Source: Histomonas meleagridis 2922-C6/04-290x (Eukaryota > Protista > Parabasalia). From it: a DNA stretch of 64,000 bases. This document shows, one piece after another, positions 1 to 11,839 of this stretch; position 1 is the stretch's first letter; each line of letters starts with the position of its first letter. The position numbers and the translations under genes are program-made. Location of the stretch: the NCBI GenBank assembly GCA_020184695.1, contig JAANOX010000136.1, positions 124,001 to 188,000 of the forward strand, read 5' to 3'. The notes beneath the pieces were generated by a model. The model ran no database searches. It was not told the origin of the DNA and worked only from the letters and a program-made list of their open reading frames with translations.

Positions 1-515
1 ATCATTTCCTGCATTTGATATATCTGTTGATTAATTGATGATGGATTTGCTAAAGCTTCAAGCTCCTTTTTGTCCTCTGATATTCTTCTTTTGAGATCTT
101 CATTCTGTGCAATGATTGCTTTTTGATTCTGGATTTTTGTATCAATTAACTTACTTAATATATTGAAGTATGTTAATTGCGTCTGTGGAACATGTATTTC
201 AAAGGGAGGTACTAGCTTGCTTAATTCTGGGATTTTCTTTAATATTTCTAGTAATTCTTCTTTTGATCCATTAAGGGAAAAATAACAATGACTAAAATCT
301 GCGCCTTCATATTTAAATAAATACATACTATAAATAGAAGAACAAAGTGCTGCGAAAACATCTGAATACTGTATGTTCATTTCTTTTTTAAAATGGTATG
401 TTTGAAGTGCTTGAAAAATATCACACGCACGAATCCCCTTATTTCCAATTTCGCTTTTTCTTTGGCCAAACTTGTCCATAATATTGATAATCGCTTCAAT
501 TAATTCAACATCCAT
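1..515 (-). CDS. Hypothetical protein, partial; runs off the window start into a coiled-coil-like region
   Basis: Open frame from ATG at 515 (MDVELIEAII...) to position 1 without a stop. The start could lie further upstream if the A-run near 536-541 is miscalled. Confidence 0.6.
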   Translation of the reverse strand, partial: MDVELIEAIINIMDKFGQRKSEIGNKGIRACDIFQALQTYHFKKEMNIQYSDVFAALCSSIYSMYLFKYEGADFSHCYFSLNGSKEELLEILKKIPELSKLVPPFEIHVPQTQLTYFNILSKLIDTKIQNQKAIIAQNEDLKRRISEDKKELEALANPSSINQQIYQMQEM

Positions 516-898
516 GCCAATTCTTGCAAGGAACGTTTTTTAATCGTTTCACAGAATTTTCTTTCTATCGTTCACACGATAGGGCATTCATTGAAATCAA
601 AATATCTTTTTATATTATATATTTTATTATTATGTCAAATATAATCAACATTGCTTATCTAAAGCATGAAATAATTTATGGAAAAGTTGTAAAAATCTTG
701 AGTTTTTACTACAGTAAAATGAGTTCATTTAAATCTCAATTTTGAAAACAAATTATTTGACGATAGCGCACATTATCAAGACAAAAAAAATTTAAAAATT
801 TGCGACAAATTGATGATTTATTGATCAACAAAACAAAAAACTTCTGAACCGCATAATTACACAATTCTTAGAGAGAAAAAGTCGTGATTCTTTGGAAA

Positions 899-1261
899 TT
901 AAATTGATTCAAAACAAAAATTAACGTCAAAATCAAAGTCAAAGTTTGCACCAACATCATCAAAGTTAATAGATGGTTCTTCTTTGATAATTGGAGCCAT
1001 ATTCTCGAGGTTTGATAATTCTTCTTCATAAGAAATTTTCTTTAAACTTGGAAAAACAACAACTCCTTCGTTAAGGCTAGGAGAAGGAGGCTCGCTGGTC
1101 TTAATAATGTTTGGGATTTCTTTTGATAAAAGATCAATACGGTTCAATGGAAAAATATGTCTACCTTTTTCATCAAGCTTATATTCTTTATAAAGAGATC
1201 CATCTTTGTTGTATACTTTTATTGAGCGAATGGCATTTCTTGTTTGGGAGAATCTTCCCAT
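899..1261 (-). CDS. Small hypothetical protein (120 aa) with acidic Asp/Phe-rich C-terminus
   Basis: True ATG preceded by initiator-like TTCACAAA; C-terminal FDFDFD tract resembles an acidic activation tail. Confidence 0.65.
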   Translation of the reverse strand: MGRFSQTRNAIRSIKVYNKDGSLYKEYKLDEKGRHIFPLNRIDLLSKEIPNIIKTSEPPSPSLNEGVVVFPSLKKISYEEELSNLENMAPIIKEEPSINFDDVGANFDFDFDVNFCFESI

Positions 1262-3187
1262 TTTGTGAAGTGAATAGATTTACGTTCTTGTCAAATTTGA
1301 TACACTTCCAAAAAAAAGCCGTTGGGCCACCGCACTAAACGATCAAAAAGTATTCATTATGAAAGGAAGTGAAGTAACTTTTAATTGTTACAAATTTTAT
1401 TTCGACACTATGAAAAAATTCGATAGATTTACATCAATGACTAGATTAATCAATCAACTCAAAATATCAATGCTTTTTAGCTTATACAATGTGGGAAAAT
1501 AAGTAATGTTAAAAAATTCGTTTTCGAATATAAAAACCAATTTAATCATAAAATAATATTTTAATGCTGATGGTGGTTAACCACCTAAATTTCAGATTCC
1601 TCAGGATTGTTTGGGTTTATATAGGTGAAATGGTCATGACTTGTATAGAGTCGTGCAAGCAGAAGGTTTCAAGATCAAAATTGTTAGGAAGTCAAAATTT
1701 TTATTAACATATTGATGTATAGTAATTTAGTGAAATACATGAACAATTTATCTGTGATAATCACTTTCAAAGGAAAGATTGGAACTTTTTAATAAATTGG
1801 ACAGGCAAAAATTCATATGGTTCATGTTATGAGTACAGTAATGAGAACATATAAGACCCTAGGATATCCGATAAATTCTATCTACCAATTTTGAGAAAAA
1901 TTAAAAATTCTTTTCAAAAATAAAATTGTCTTTGCTTGCGATGCTTGGCAGTTAACTGTCATACGGTTTTGCACGGTGGGCAAATGGGAAAAATAAACGG
2001 TTACATGTCAGATGTCGTTCTGAGGTGAACGACTTTTTGTACGATCAGAGCAGTATTTTGAATATAACTAGCTGTGAATAAAACCGCTCTATGGTCAAAT
2101 GATGAATATGTCAAATAATTTTGAATGTTCGTCCGGCTACGATACATTACGACAACTGTAGAAAATAACGGTATTGCGTTTAGGACACACGAACGGTATT
2201 CAACACACAGACATAGTCACGATAAAAACAATCAATATAATCTACTCCAACGCAATGTATAATTTTTAATATTTTCATTTATATTATCAATATTTCGAAT
2301 CTATAATATATCCATCTGTGTAATATCTTTATACCTTGTTACATTACAAAGATCAGGATTGTATGTTAGATATTAATTTCTCACAATTTATTATTTGATT
2401 CAATATATAAGAATATTTTATATTTTTTTTCTTCTCCAAATTGTATACGAGACATTAAATATTCACATCAAGTCCATATTTTCATGTAATTTTTGATATA
2501 ATATATTAATTCATAAATAAACTCGTAGTAGATTATTCTTAATTATGAATTCAATATCATTATGAATATACTAAAATGCTATGATAACGAAAAATATATC
2601 GAAAAATATGCACAATATGTGATTATCGTCGCTATAGCATGATGAGAATCCAACTCATCTCTCAGTGAATGTCAATTTGACAACTGTGATTGTCAAATGA
2701 CAAATCCCCAACGAATTATTGAATTGCCTTCTGAATTGGAGGCGGACCACAGCATTCAAAAATTGTGTTCAATCCCATTACAAAATGTCCTATTCAATTT
2801 TGAATGAGAGCTAAATTTTAAACCGCCGAGATTGCCTGTCAATTTTTTACGAGTTCGTACCAACACAAAAAATTGAATGCCCTCAAATCTAACCGTTCCA
2901 GTAACAATATAAATCATAAAAAATTTCGCGATACATATAACAAAACTAGCTCTAATTAATATACCCAACATATCAAACATAATGAGATATTAAATTACAT
3001 ATTAATCATTGTTCATATGTATATAAAATTAGAAATCATTATTTTTTTAAGTTTTTAAACTGTTTTTATTGAAAATTATTGAGATAAAACTTTATCACAC
3101 AATTTTTGTGGGGACTGTATTGAATTTTCAAGGGATTGAAAGATTTCAATCTTAACCCAGATATATCAAAAATAATAATTGGCCCTC

Positions 3188-3676
3188 ATGCTACGCCAGA
3201 AGAAACATTCCCAAAAGAAAGCATTTTTTACAGCCGAAGAAGACCTGCTTTTAACTGAGCTTGTTCAAGCTCACGGGGGTGATAAAAACTGGAATGTAAT
3301 TTCAGGTCTCATAAAAAATAAGAATCCACGTCAATGTAGGGATAGATGGAACAATTACCTTGACCCAAATCTAAACCATGAGGTCTGGAAGAAAGAAGAA
3401 GAAGAATTACTCATGCAAAAGTATTTTGAAATTGGGCCAAAATGGAAAATCTTGGGAACTCTGATGAATGGAAGATCACCATCTGACGTTCGCAACAAGT
3501 GCCTTCAATTACTAAGAGGCAAAAAGAATTTTTCAGCTGAAAAAAATGAAACAAAGAAAATTGATGATGAATCATTTTTCAGCGAAGTATTTTCGGACTT
3601 TGAAAAAGAGATTAGTTCTTTTGATCTCTTCTCTCAAGAACCTGTTCTTGATGAAATTTTTCAGTTTTGTTTCTAG
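3188..3676 (+). CDS. R2R3 Myb-like DNA-binding protein
   Basis: FTAEEDLLL...NWNVIS...RQCRDRWNNYLDP...WKKEEEELL...GPKWKIL...VRNKC are two Myb repeats. First ATG is at 3188. Confidence 0.95.
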   Translation: MLRQKKHSQKKAFFTAEEDLLLTELVQAHGGDKNWNVISGLIKNKNPRQCRDRWNNYLDPNLNHEVWKKEEEELLMQKYFEIGPKWKILGTLMNGRSPSDVRNKCLQLLRGKKNFSAEKNETKKIDDESFFSEVFSDFEKEISSFDLFSQEPVLDEIFQFCF

Positions 3677-4173
3677 GCAATTCTGAAAATCGGGCTTTCT
3701 TATCATGAAATCTCTCTCTCTCTCTCTAAAACTCTACTGGAAAAAAATTTTAGTTTTAATCCTCAGAGGAATCTCAAAAGATTTTAATCGAACAAAAAAA
3801 TGTGTCAACCAACTATCAATTGAATATTTGTATAGCAGCGGATAGTTTTTAATTCAATTGGCCGATTCAAAAAATTTTAGATGAAACAATTTTTCATTGG
3901 TGTTAAATCTTGGCAATTGAATTTTTTTGTGAACTGTGTGTTTGTCAATATGAGGGTGGTTTATCCGAGCTAGGATAAAATTTTTATGATGCTCTTCGTG
4001 ATAACAGAGAGCCCATTAAATAGGTGTTACATTTTAGCTGATATTAGCTAATAAAATATTAATATTTGAAAAATCGATCACTTAGTTATCAAACTTACAA
4101 TCGAATAAAAATGAAAATACAATTTATTTTATAATGTGCTGCATCATGGTTTCTGATTGAGCTTGAAAACAAG

Positions 4174-5421
4174 TTAGCTAACTTCCAAAGTTTCTTGTAT
4201 TTCTTCTGTATCTGTATACAATGAATTAATGGCATTATAAAAAGCAAATATATCTTTGTAAACTGCAGTTTCCCGAATGGATCCTGTTGAAAGAACCGGA
4301 AAACCAAAATCAATTGTTCTGATATTCATATTTAAAGATAATGGATTACTTATTGTTACACCGAAAAATTGTAAATCTTTTTGGTACTGTTTTTGTATTA
4401 TTTGAGATTTCATTCGATTTTCTTGTATAATCTCTTCACCAATTGGATCTGTTTGAAAATTCCTTCTGAAGGAAAGATATAGAACAGGACCTTTTCCCAA
4501 ATACCCAACCATGGAATCGCTCAAACCAATGAATCTTGGGTGATGACCTTCAAAACCAAAAGTAGCTATAATAAGAGATTTCGATTTCACTTCATCAATG
4601 TTTTTTCCTGAAAAAATCGTGCTAAATAAACTATTCAAAAAGTCGCTTGATGCGGATGTCCGATAGAGGCCCGAGTGCCCAAAAGCAGCAAACATTTGAA
4701 CTGTTTTAGTATCTTGCTTAGCATCCAAAAATGCATTAAAAGAAGCAAATGCAGGGGCAAAAGTTGACAAACGTGATGAGTAGATAATATTATTATTTGT
4801 GCTTGCAGGTTGTGCATCATCAAATTGAAGATCCCAATCAATTATATTTTCTTCTTTGCATTTTAGTAGAGAAGCAATGTATGTTTTGAGTTTAGTTTTT
4901 CCTATAATTGCATTAAAATGTTTTTCTGAATCATATTGTGGATGACATGAATTATTAGGAACAAGCTCAACAGAAACACTTGGGATAATTGCAACACCTC
5001 TTTTTGAATCTACATTTTTCCTTTTGATCTTTCCTTTTTTCCCCTTGATAAGAACAGACCCAGAAATTCGTAAATCACGATCAAGGTATGTTTGCCATCT
5101 TGCAGAAGAAAAATCACTCATTGCTAGACGTAGCATTTGAATTTTACCATCTTGAAATTCATAATTTTGCTTTAATTTTAAACAAGGATTATCAATACAT
5201 GTTCCAACAATACATGCTTTTTCATATCCTCCAATATTGTATGCTATTATAGAAGCATTATCTCTTATAATAAATCCTTTTTGTGGAATTGTAATTGATT
5301 CATTTTCCTGAATTTTTTCAAATCCATGTTTTTTAAGTTTCTTTTCACAATAAGAAACAAATGCATATTTGTTTGTAATTTCATTCATCAATTTTAAAAG
5401 AGATTTTGGTGATTTTTTCAT
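4174..5421 (-). CDS. Aspartyl aminopeptidase (M18)-like protein, probably catalytically dead
   Basis: IVGTCIDNPCLKLK, IAIIP-like and STGSIRETA segments align with M18 motifs AHTDSPCLKLK and MHSIRE, but the metal ligands are substituted. Confidence 0.8.
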   Translation of the reverse strand: MKKSPKSLLKLMNEITNKYAFVSYCEKKLKKHGFEKIQENESITIPQKGFIIRDNASIIAYNIGGYEKACIVGTCIDNPCLKLKQNYEFQDGKIQMLRLAMSDFSSARWQTYLDRDLRISGSVLIKGKKGKIKRKNVDSKRGVAIIPSVSVELVPNNSCHPQYDSEKHFNAIIGKTKLKTYIASLLKCKEENIIDWDLQFDDAQPASTNNNIIYSSRLSTFAPAFASFNAFLDAKQDTKTVQMFAAFGHSGLYRTSASSDFLNSLFSTIFSGKNIDEVKSKSLIIATFGFEGHHPRFIGLSDSMVGYLGKGPVLYLSFRRNFQTDPIGEEIIQENRMKSQIIQKQYQKDLQFFGVTISNPLSLNMNIRTIDFGFPVLSTGSIRETAVYKDIFAFYNAINSLYTDTEEIQETLEVS

Positions 5422-5460
5422 ATTTTGGTTTAAACGGTCACTTTCCCGCTGCTTCAGATA

Positions 5461-7260
5461 ATGATTTCAAGGGACATAGTTGTACACTTTCAAGGATCTA
5501 AACTTTGGTGTGCCCTTGTTCACACAGCAAATTTCGAAAAAGTGATAGTACGTGGTGTAGCTTCAGTAGCCATTGATCGATTTAATAATGTTTTTCATAA
5601 ATCAATTAATATATCAGATGTAAAAATAGGTATCATTCAAAACTTTGATGATATAGAAATTATTGAAAATCCCGAAAATGAAGAATTAAGTAATAATCCA
5701 AATCAAGAATTAATCATCTATTTACCAGATTATGATGAAAATGCGCCTCCTCCACCCACCATTCTTACCAATGAAGAAATTGACAAATACAAAAAATTAT
5801 CATCTATGTTTTATCAAATGGAATATTATAGTGCTGCATGTGATTGTAAGAACATAATTCAAAGCGCTGCTACAACATCAGCGCCACCATTTCATACTGA
5901 AACGCCAACCATTAAATTAGAAACCCAAAATATTTTTTCATCATCTGATTCCAATTCATTTGATCTTCAACTTAAAAATTTGCTTTCATCCAACATTCCC
6001 ACCTCTGATTTTAAGCGTCGCTTACAAGAACTATCCAAAATCAATCCACATAAAATCATTGAAGTAATTCTCCATTATTATGAATGTTATGATTTAATAC
6101 CACAAATTTGTTTACAAGATGAATCGAACACGAAATATCTTTTAGACACAATCACACTACGATTAAACACGAAATCATTATTATTATTAACCGAAGCATT
6201 TGTTAATTCTGGACAAATCGAAACGACATTACATATCTTAAGTTTACCTAATCATGACACAACGTTAACAGATGTTCTCTTTTTTTTGTTTTTCTTATTA
6301 CAAGATTATCAACTAGCTCGAATGTATAAAGCGTTATTAATCTTTTTTAAGACATATTCGATGCGGCAAGTTGGGAATATTAACTTAAATACTATTTTTG
6401 TGATTCTTACAGGTATTAAACATTGGCCATCGCATCAGTTTTCATCCAACACGAAAGAACAACGTAAACGTGATATAATCTCACAGAATGATAATGTTGT
6501 TTTTTCCATAATCCAAATGACGGCCATTTTCTTATTTATAAGTGGTGAATTTAATCGATATAGTACACTGATGACATTATTAAAGCCTTATAATACACAT
6601 CTTGAACAAATTGCTAAAAATGAACGAAAAAATTCGACGTGGAATTTCCATAAATTTTCATGCGCAGCATTTTCGAGATTTCGTCCACCGATTACTACTA
6701 AAAGACGAATATTCGCATTAGGAGATGAATATATATTACATTGTAGTTATATAAAAATTCCAACGTTTGGTAATATTATACCACATCCAATCCAAGGATT
6801 ACAAATTAATGACTTAAACGAAGAGAAAACTTCGTTCCAAAAGTCAGCTTTCTGGAATAGAATTAGAGAAATTGTAACTTTCGATATTTTGATTTTGTCT
6901 TTGGGAACAAATGATATTAAAAATTATTTGCCAATGTGTATGATGTATAACTCTGAGGTAACTTTTAACTCTTTCGCTTTAATGACGATAAAACAATACG
7001 TTTGGTTACTAGAAAAAATTCATTCGATGTACCCAAATGTGAAAATTATTATACACTCTTTGTTTAACTTGCAAAGCGATATGTTTTCGGATTTTAATAA
7101 AATGCTGAAAAAAGAATTGCCGGAATTCGTTAAGTATTTGGATTTGGAAGTAGACCCGGAAAACGTTTCAAAATGCGCTTTCTTTGGAAATGAAAACGAA
7201 TCAACAGTAGACTACGCAAAATTGTTCTTAACAAAGTTCGCTGAATTACATATAAAATAA
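5461..7260 (+). CDS. Hypothetical protein with possible C-terminal SGNH-like domain
   Basis: 599-aa ORF; ILILSLGTNDI resembles SGNH/GDSL block III. Confidence 0.6.
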   Translation: MISRDIVVHFQGSKLWCALVHTANFEKVIVRGVASVAIDRFNNVFHKSINISDVKIGIIQNFDDIEIIENPENEELSNNPNQELIIYLPDYDENAPPPPTILTNEEIDKYKKLSSMFYQMEYYSAACDCKNIIQSAATTSAPPFHTETPTIKLETQNIFSSSDSNSFDLQLKNLLSSNIPTSDFKRRLQELSKINPHKIIEVILHYYECYDLIPQICLQDESNTKYLLDTITLRLNTKSLLLLTEAFVNSGQIETTLHILSLPNHDTTLTDVLFFLFFLLQDYQLARMYKALLIFFKTYSMRQVGNINLNTIFVILTGIKHWPSHQFSSNTKEQRKRDIISQNDNVVFSIIQMTAIFLFISGEFNRYSTLMTLLKPYNTHLEQIAKNERKNSTWNFHKFSCAAFSRFRPPITTKRRIFALGDEYILHCSYIKIPTFGNIIPHPIQGLQINDLNEEKTSFQKSAFWNRIREIVTFDILILSLGTNDIKNYLPMCMMYNSEVTFNSFALMTIKQYVWLLEKIHSMYPNVKIIIHSLFNLQSDMFSDFNKMLKKELPEFVKYLDLEVDPENVSKCAFFGNENESTVDYAKLFLTKFAELHIK

Positions 7261-7606
7261 AGATAATAATAAAAATGTGATTTGTTATATGTAGTGGGAA
7301 CAAAATAAATAATAAAAAGTTGTTCATTATTAACTTTTGTGCAATTCTTTTTTTATCTATAAACATAATATACAATATTTTTTAATTTATATGAATTAAA
7401 ATTTCGTGAAAAGATTTACTCTATTGAGAAATTACCATCATTTCTACATTGATGCACTGAGTTGGCCTTTGGTTAAAATTTGTTTACTGTTTCATCATCA
7501 TTTTCATGTATATTTTGTAAATTTTATGTTTATTCGAAAGAACATTACACTTTTTCGAACGATCAAAATGCATTAAGATTCGAACAAAATTTTTGTCAAT
7601 TCTACC

Positions 7607-9758
7607 ATGAAAAATCAAAGCGATTGGGAAATACTTTTATCACTTGAAGGTATTATATTTAATCTCGATAAAATAAGTGTTGATCAGTCAGTAAAATCAA
7701 TAATAAACAAATTTGATCATGATTACCCAGAATCTTTTAATAATATAGTAGCTCACATGGTATATGAAAATCTTGTTATTAAAATGAATAATGCTGATAC
7801 ATATTTTGATTTTCTGAATAAAATTGAAATGTTTGAAGAAAGAAACAATATTAAATCAAAAATACTAAAGGTATTTACACATATTCTTCAAAATAAGAAT
7901 ACTAAAGAAGCATATTTTCTGTTTGATTATATGATTGAACATAACATACTTGAATTAAAAAAATTCAAATTTATAGGTCCAGTTCAAGAACCATATTTTG
8001 TTCACTACTTGTCAAAAGAGGAAATTAAAAACAAAGAACAATATCTGAAGGCAAATTTTAGTAAATATGATGAACTTTCAAAGAATGATTGGGCACTTCA
8101 TAAGAAGTTAATTAAAGAAGGAGTTAATCCAAGTGAACTTGCAAAAATAATTCGAAATGATGATTTAGAAAAACTTCAAGAAATATCATCACAAAATGAT
8201 TTTAATTTTGACCAATGTATCATACCATCATTATATGAAAGATGTTCATTCATTAATTGTTTAGTTTCATTAATTGATTATGCAGCATTTTTTGGATCAA
8301 TTAAGTGTTTTAAATATTTATTATTAAATGGAGCGAAAGTAAATAATACAGGTAAATATGCAATCGCTGGCGGAAATCTTGAAATCATTCATTTATGTGT
8401 ACAAAATCATTCATCGTTTAAAGATGCATATGAAACAGCAATCGAATTCCATCGCAATGATGTCTTTCATTATATTTATGAAAATAAGATGGTTATAATC
8501 CAGAATATAGAAGAGTTAGGAAAGAAATGTACATTATATCATAACTATGAAATTTTATCATATTTAATAGAAAAGGGTTTAAAAATTTTGGATTTTTTTG
8601 TTTTCTATGTAGCTCAAAATTACAACTTATATCTTACAAGATATTTGTTGGAAAACAAAAATAAAGTAAATGTTATGTTTTTTACAGCAAAGGCAGGAAA
8701 TTATGAAATTATGAAATATTTTATTGAACAAGAAAAAATGGATATAACTGTGAAAAATGTTTAATTTTATTACTATATATATGTTTTGACAATTTGATAT
8801 TTCGTTATAATATTTGGAATTTTTATAAAATATTTGATACAGTACTTATTTTAGCATGTCAAAGTGGAAATAGTAAAACAGTTAAATTGATTCTTGGACA
8901 GAATGTAATTGATATCAATGCAAAAAATGTTAATTTGATAAATATAATATTTGTTTGAATAATTTGGTATATAAAAAGAATTTTTGGAATTTTAAAACAA
9001 TATTTAATACTGCACTTATTTTAGCAGCTCAAAATGAAAATAGAAAAATAGTTAAAATACTTCTTGAACAAAATGGAATTAAATTTAATGAGAAAAATGT
9101 TTTTATTTTTTACATATTATTTTTTAAAAAATTTTTGTATTTCAAAATAATATTTGGAAATTATTTAAATTATTTAGAACAGCACTTATTTATGCATCTG
9201 AAAATGGCCATACAGAAATAGTTAAATTACTTCTTGAACAAGAAGAAATTGATATTAATGCTAAAAATATTCATTTGTTTTGTTTAATATTTATTTTAAT
9301 AATTTTATATTTCAAAATAATATTTGGAGATTATTAAAATTATTTGTAACAGCACTTATTATTGCATCTGATAAAGGTCATACAGACATAGTTAAAATAC
9401 TTCTTGAACAAGAAGGAATTGAAACTAATGTTAAAGATTTTTATATTTATTTTAATAATTTTATATTTTAAAATAATATATGGAAATTCTTTAAATTATT
9501 TAATACAGCACTTATGTGGGCATCTCGAAGAGGTCATACAGAAATAGTTAAATTACTTCTTGAACAAAAAGGAATTGATGTGAATGCTAAAAATATTTAT
9601 TTGTTTTATTTAAAATTTATTTTAATAATTTGATATTTTAAAACAATATTTGGTAATAGTTTATAGTATTTGAAACAGCAATTATTTTAGCAGCTAAAAA
9701 TGGTCATACAGAAATTGTTAAAATATATCAAGAAAAAAAGAGGTTACACTTAATATAA
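7607..9758 (+). CDS. DUF3447-ankyrin repeat protein, locus 1; 586 aa after removing 23 x 17-nt inserts
   Basis: DUF3447 motifs (IRNDDLEKL, LIDYAAFFGSIKCFKYL, YAIAGGN) then ankyrin repeats. 2152-391=1761 nt is in frame to TAA 9756-9758. Rebuilt loops: YDGD, NGGN, ICGR, NYGV, FYYGN, KDGE. Confidence 0.85.
8759..9674 (+). other. Array of 17-nt inserts separated by single-codon micro-exons (6 clusters)
   Basis: Clusters start at 8759, 8929, 9099, 9269, 9439 and 9595; 20-nt internal period, 170-nt repeat period. Confidence 0.9.
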
Positions 9759-9854
9759 ATAAATACTTCTAGTTAGTAAAGAAGAATTTTGGATGCTTTT
9801 AATGGTATTTTTATAACAACTATATTATCAAATCGGAGGAATTAAAAAAAAAAA

Positions 9855-10319
9855 TTAGTGTCTGCGATAATGGTGAGAGTGGTGATGACGATGGTGAGAG
9901 TGTCGTGAAGGGGACCTATGACCTCTAGAATGTCGAGCTTTGGGTGGACTTTCAGGAATATCTTCTGATTCTGAAGAAGCATTCGAATACTCACTATCAT
10001 AATCATCAGACTCGTCAGGCTCATCAGAGTAATCTCTAGAACGATCATCTATTCTTCTTTGTTTTCTCATATAAAATGGTGCAAGATCTACGCTAATCTT
10101 TCTACCTGAAATATATTCGCCATCAAGCGCATCTATCGCTTTTTGTGCAAACGTAGGAAGTGCATAACACAGCCAGCAAATCCTCTGATTATATCTATCA
10201 TGATCAAAATATATATGCCTAATTTCTCCATACATTCCAAAAAGACAATCAATTCCTTCTGCAGTAAGGTCACCAATTGGAGAAATAACAATTGATTGGT
10301 TGTTCTTGAAAGAGCTCAT
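9855..10319 (-). CDS. RRM-domain protein with Ser/Arg/His-rich tail (SR-like)
   Basis: LFGMYGEI...AQKAIDALDGEYISGRKISVDLA is an RRM; C-terminal RHSRGHRSPSRHSHH. Confidence 0.85.
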   Translation of the reverse strand: MSSFKNNQSIVISPIGDLTAEGIDCLFGMYGEIRHIYFDHDRYNQRICWLCYALPTFAQKAIDALDGEYISGRKISVDLAPFYMRKQRRIDDRSRDYSDEPDESDDYDSEYSNASSESEDIPESPPKARHSRGHRSPSRHSHHRHHHSHHYRRH

Positions 10320-10774
10320 TTTTTCTTGTATTGACTATCTTTGTTTGGACAAAAGGTCAAAAATCATTTTTCAAGCAGAACGTATATGTCAATAGATAAA
10401 AAGCAACTAAAAAACACAGATCTGTGAAATACAACTAATGATTTAATTTATTTTTCTTATAAGAACCATCAAATTTTACTTTATTGATTATTTCAAATTC
10501 ATGTTTTCACTTAAAATCACATCAGAACAAATTGCCTAATCTCAGACTTTAAAAAAAATACATCAAAAACTCAAATTTTTTGAAACAATAATTAAAATGA
10601 TTCAAGTATACACGTTAAACATTTTCTTTCTATTATTCAACCAATTGGCATAATTTTTAAGGCACTAAAATCTCATTACGATATTTTTGACAAACTGTTT
10701 CTTTACATTATCATTCCAAAATGCGGTTCTTGGATTGAGTGTTTTATACGAACAGACCAAGTCAAATTAAAAAA

Positions 10775-11758
10775 ATGAAAAACACAATTGGAAGTAAATT
10801 CAAAAAAATGATATCAACCAAAAAAAATACAGCAAATAGCGAGGAAACCCCTGACGACGATAGTAACAAAGAAAATCCTGGTGATACAGATTCAATTATT
10901 CCAACATTTACAAAAGCAGATACATCATTACCGTTGGCGCAGCAAGCCAAAGAAAACTTTAAAAACTTCAAAAAGTATCTAGATTCAAATCCACCAGATC
11001 CTGCTTCTGATTATGATCACGTCTATCAAACAATGTCACATGCTTTTAGTGATTGGACTAACCAAGTTACAACACTTGAAGCAAATATTTCTGATTTATC
11101 CGCACAGATAGGCATATGTGAAGAAAAGATTAAAGAGAAAGAGAATCAAAAATCTCAGCTTGAAAAACAGCTTTCAGAACTTTCCAATGAAAAAAATCTG
11201 AAGCTGCGCGAACTGAAGGAACAAAAGTTGATAACATCCAGAATAGAAGTAAGGAATCAAATTTCTCCATTAAAACTCCAAATTAATGATCTAATCAACG
11301 AATTTAACAACATCTCTGGGAAGCTACAGGTAAATAAGGAACTTCTTTCTAAAGAATTGGAAAAAACTGATCATCTTCAAAAACATTTTGATGATCTTGA
11401 AATGAAAATTAAGGAACAAGAAGATAATGTTAGAACGGAAATCGAAAGGAGTGAAGCTGAAATCAAAAAACTGAAGGATCAAGCAAAGAAAGTGGAGATT
11501 ATTGTTCCTGAACAAATTGAGCCAAAACAAACCAAGAGAAGACGTTCAAGCAACTACCAAGAAGCAGAAACCTTTGTCATTAAAGACAATGTTAAAGTAA
11601 GTCAAGAAGAGATCAATACTCTTAAATATATGATTTCTGAAATACAAAAAGAGAATGATAAGATCAAAAAGGAAAGAGATTCAAAAATGGTGGATATAGA
11701 TTGTCTTTTGCAGGAGAATATCGGACTGAAACAAATGATTAGAGATATAACTGAATAA
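10775..11758 (+). CDS. Coiled-coil hypothetical protein
   Basis: Long E/K/Q/L heptad-rich ORF; first ATG at 10775. Confidence 0.75.
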   Translation: MKNTIGSKFKKMISTKKNTANSEETPDDDSNKENPGDTDSIIPTFTKADTSLPLAQQAKENFKNFKKYLDSNPPDPASDYDHVYQTMSHAFSDWTNQVTTLEANISDLSAQIGICEEKIKEKENQKSQLEKQLSELSNEKNLKLRELKEQKLITSRIEVRNQISPLKLQINDLINEFNNISGKLQVNKELLSKELEKTDHLQKHFDDLEMKIKEQEDNVRTEIERSEAEIKKLKDQAKKVEIIVPEQIEPKQTKRRRSSNYQEAETFVIKDNVKVSQEEINTLKYMISEIQKENDKIKKERDSKMVDIDCLLQENIGLKQMIRDITE

Positions 11759-11826
11759 AATGTAACAAATTTTTTTGTACTTTTGTATAAACAAAACAAA
11801 TAGTTTAACGTTCGCCAAATGTTTTG

Positions 11827-11834
11827 TCACTTTT
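11827..11834 (+). promoter_or_regulatory. Trichomonad-type initiator (Inr) element
   Basis: TCACTTTT 13 nt upstream of ATG 11840 matches the TCAYT/A Inr consensus. Confidence 0.55.
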
Positions 11835-11839
11835 ATATT

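Noticed and set aside
1340-3170. 1.8-kb gene-poor region with a less AT-rich stretch near 1930-2250
   Set aside because: All frames I read have multiple stops; no recognisable motif, terminal repeat or 20-nt periodicity. It may be a decayed gene or element but this is unsupported.
3711-3726. Short (CT)n microsatellite after the Myb gene
   Set aside because: Ordinary short dinucleotide tract with no evidence of function.
9855-10319. SR-like RRM gene as dedicated machinery for insert removal
   Set aside because: Only proximity supports it; no nuclease, ligase or guide-RNA cassette is recognisable anywhere in the window.
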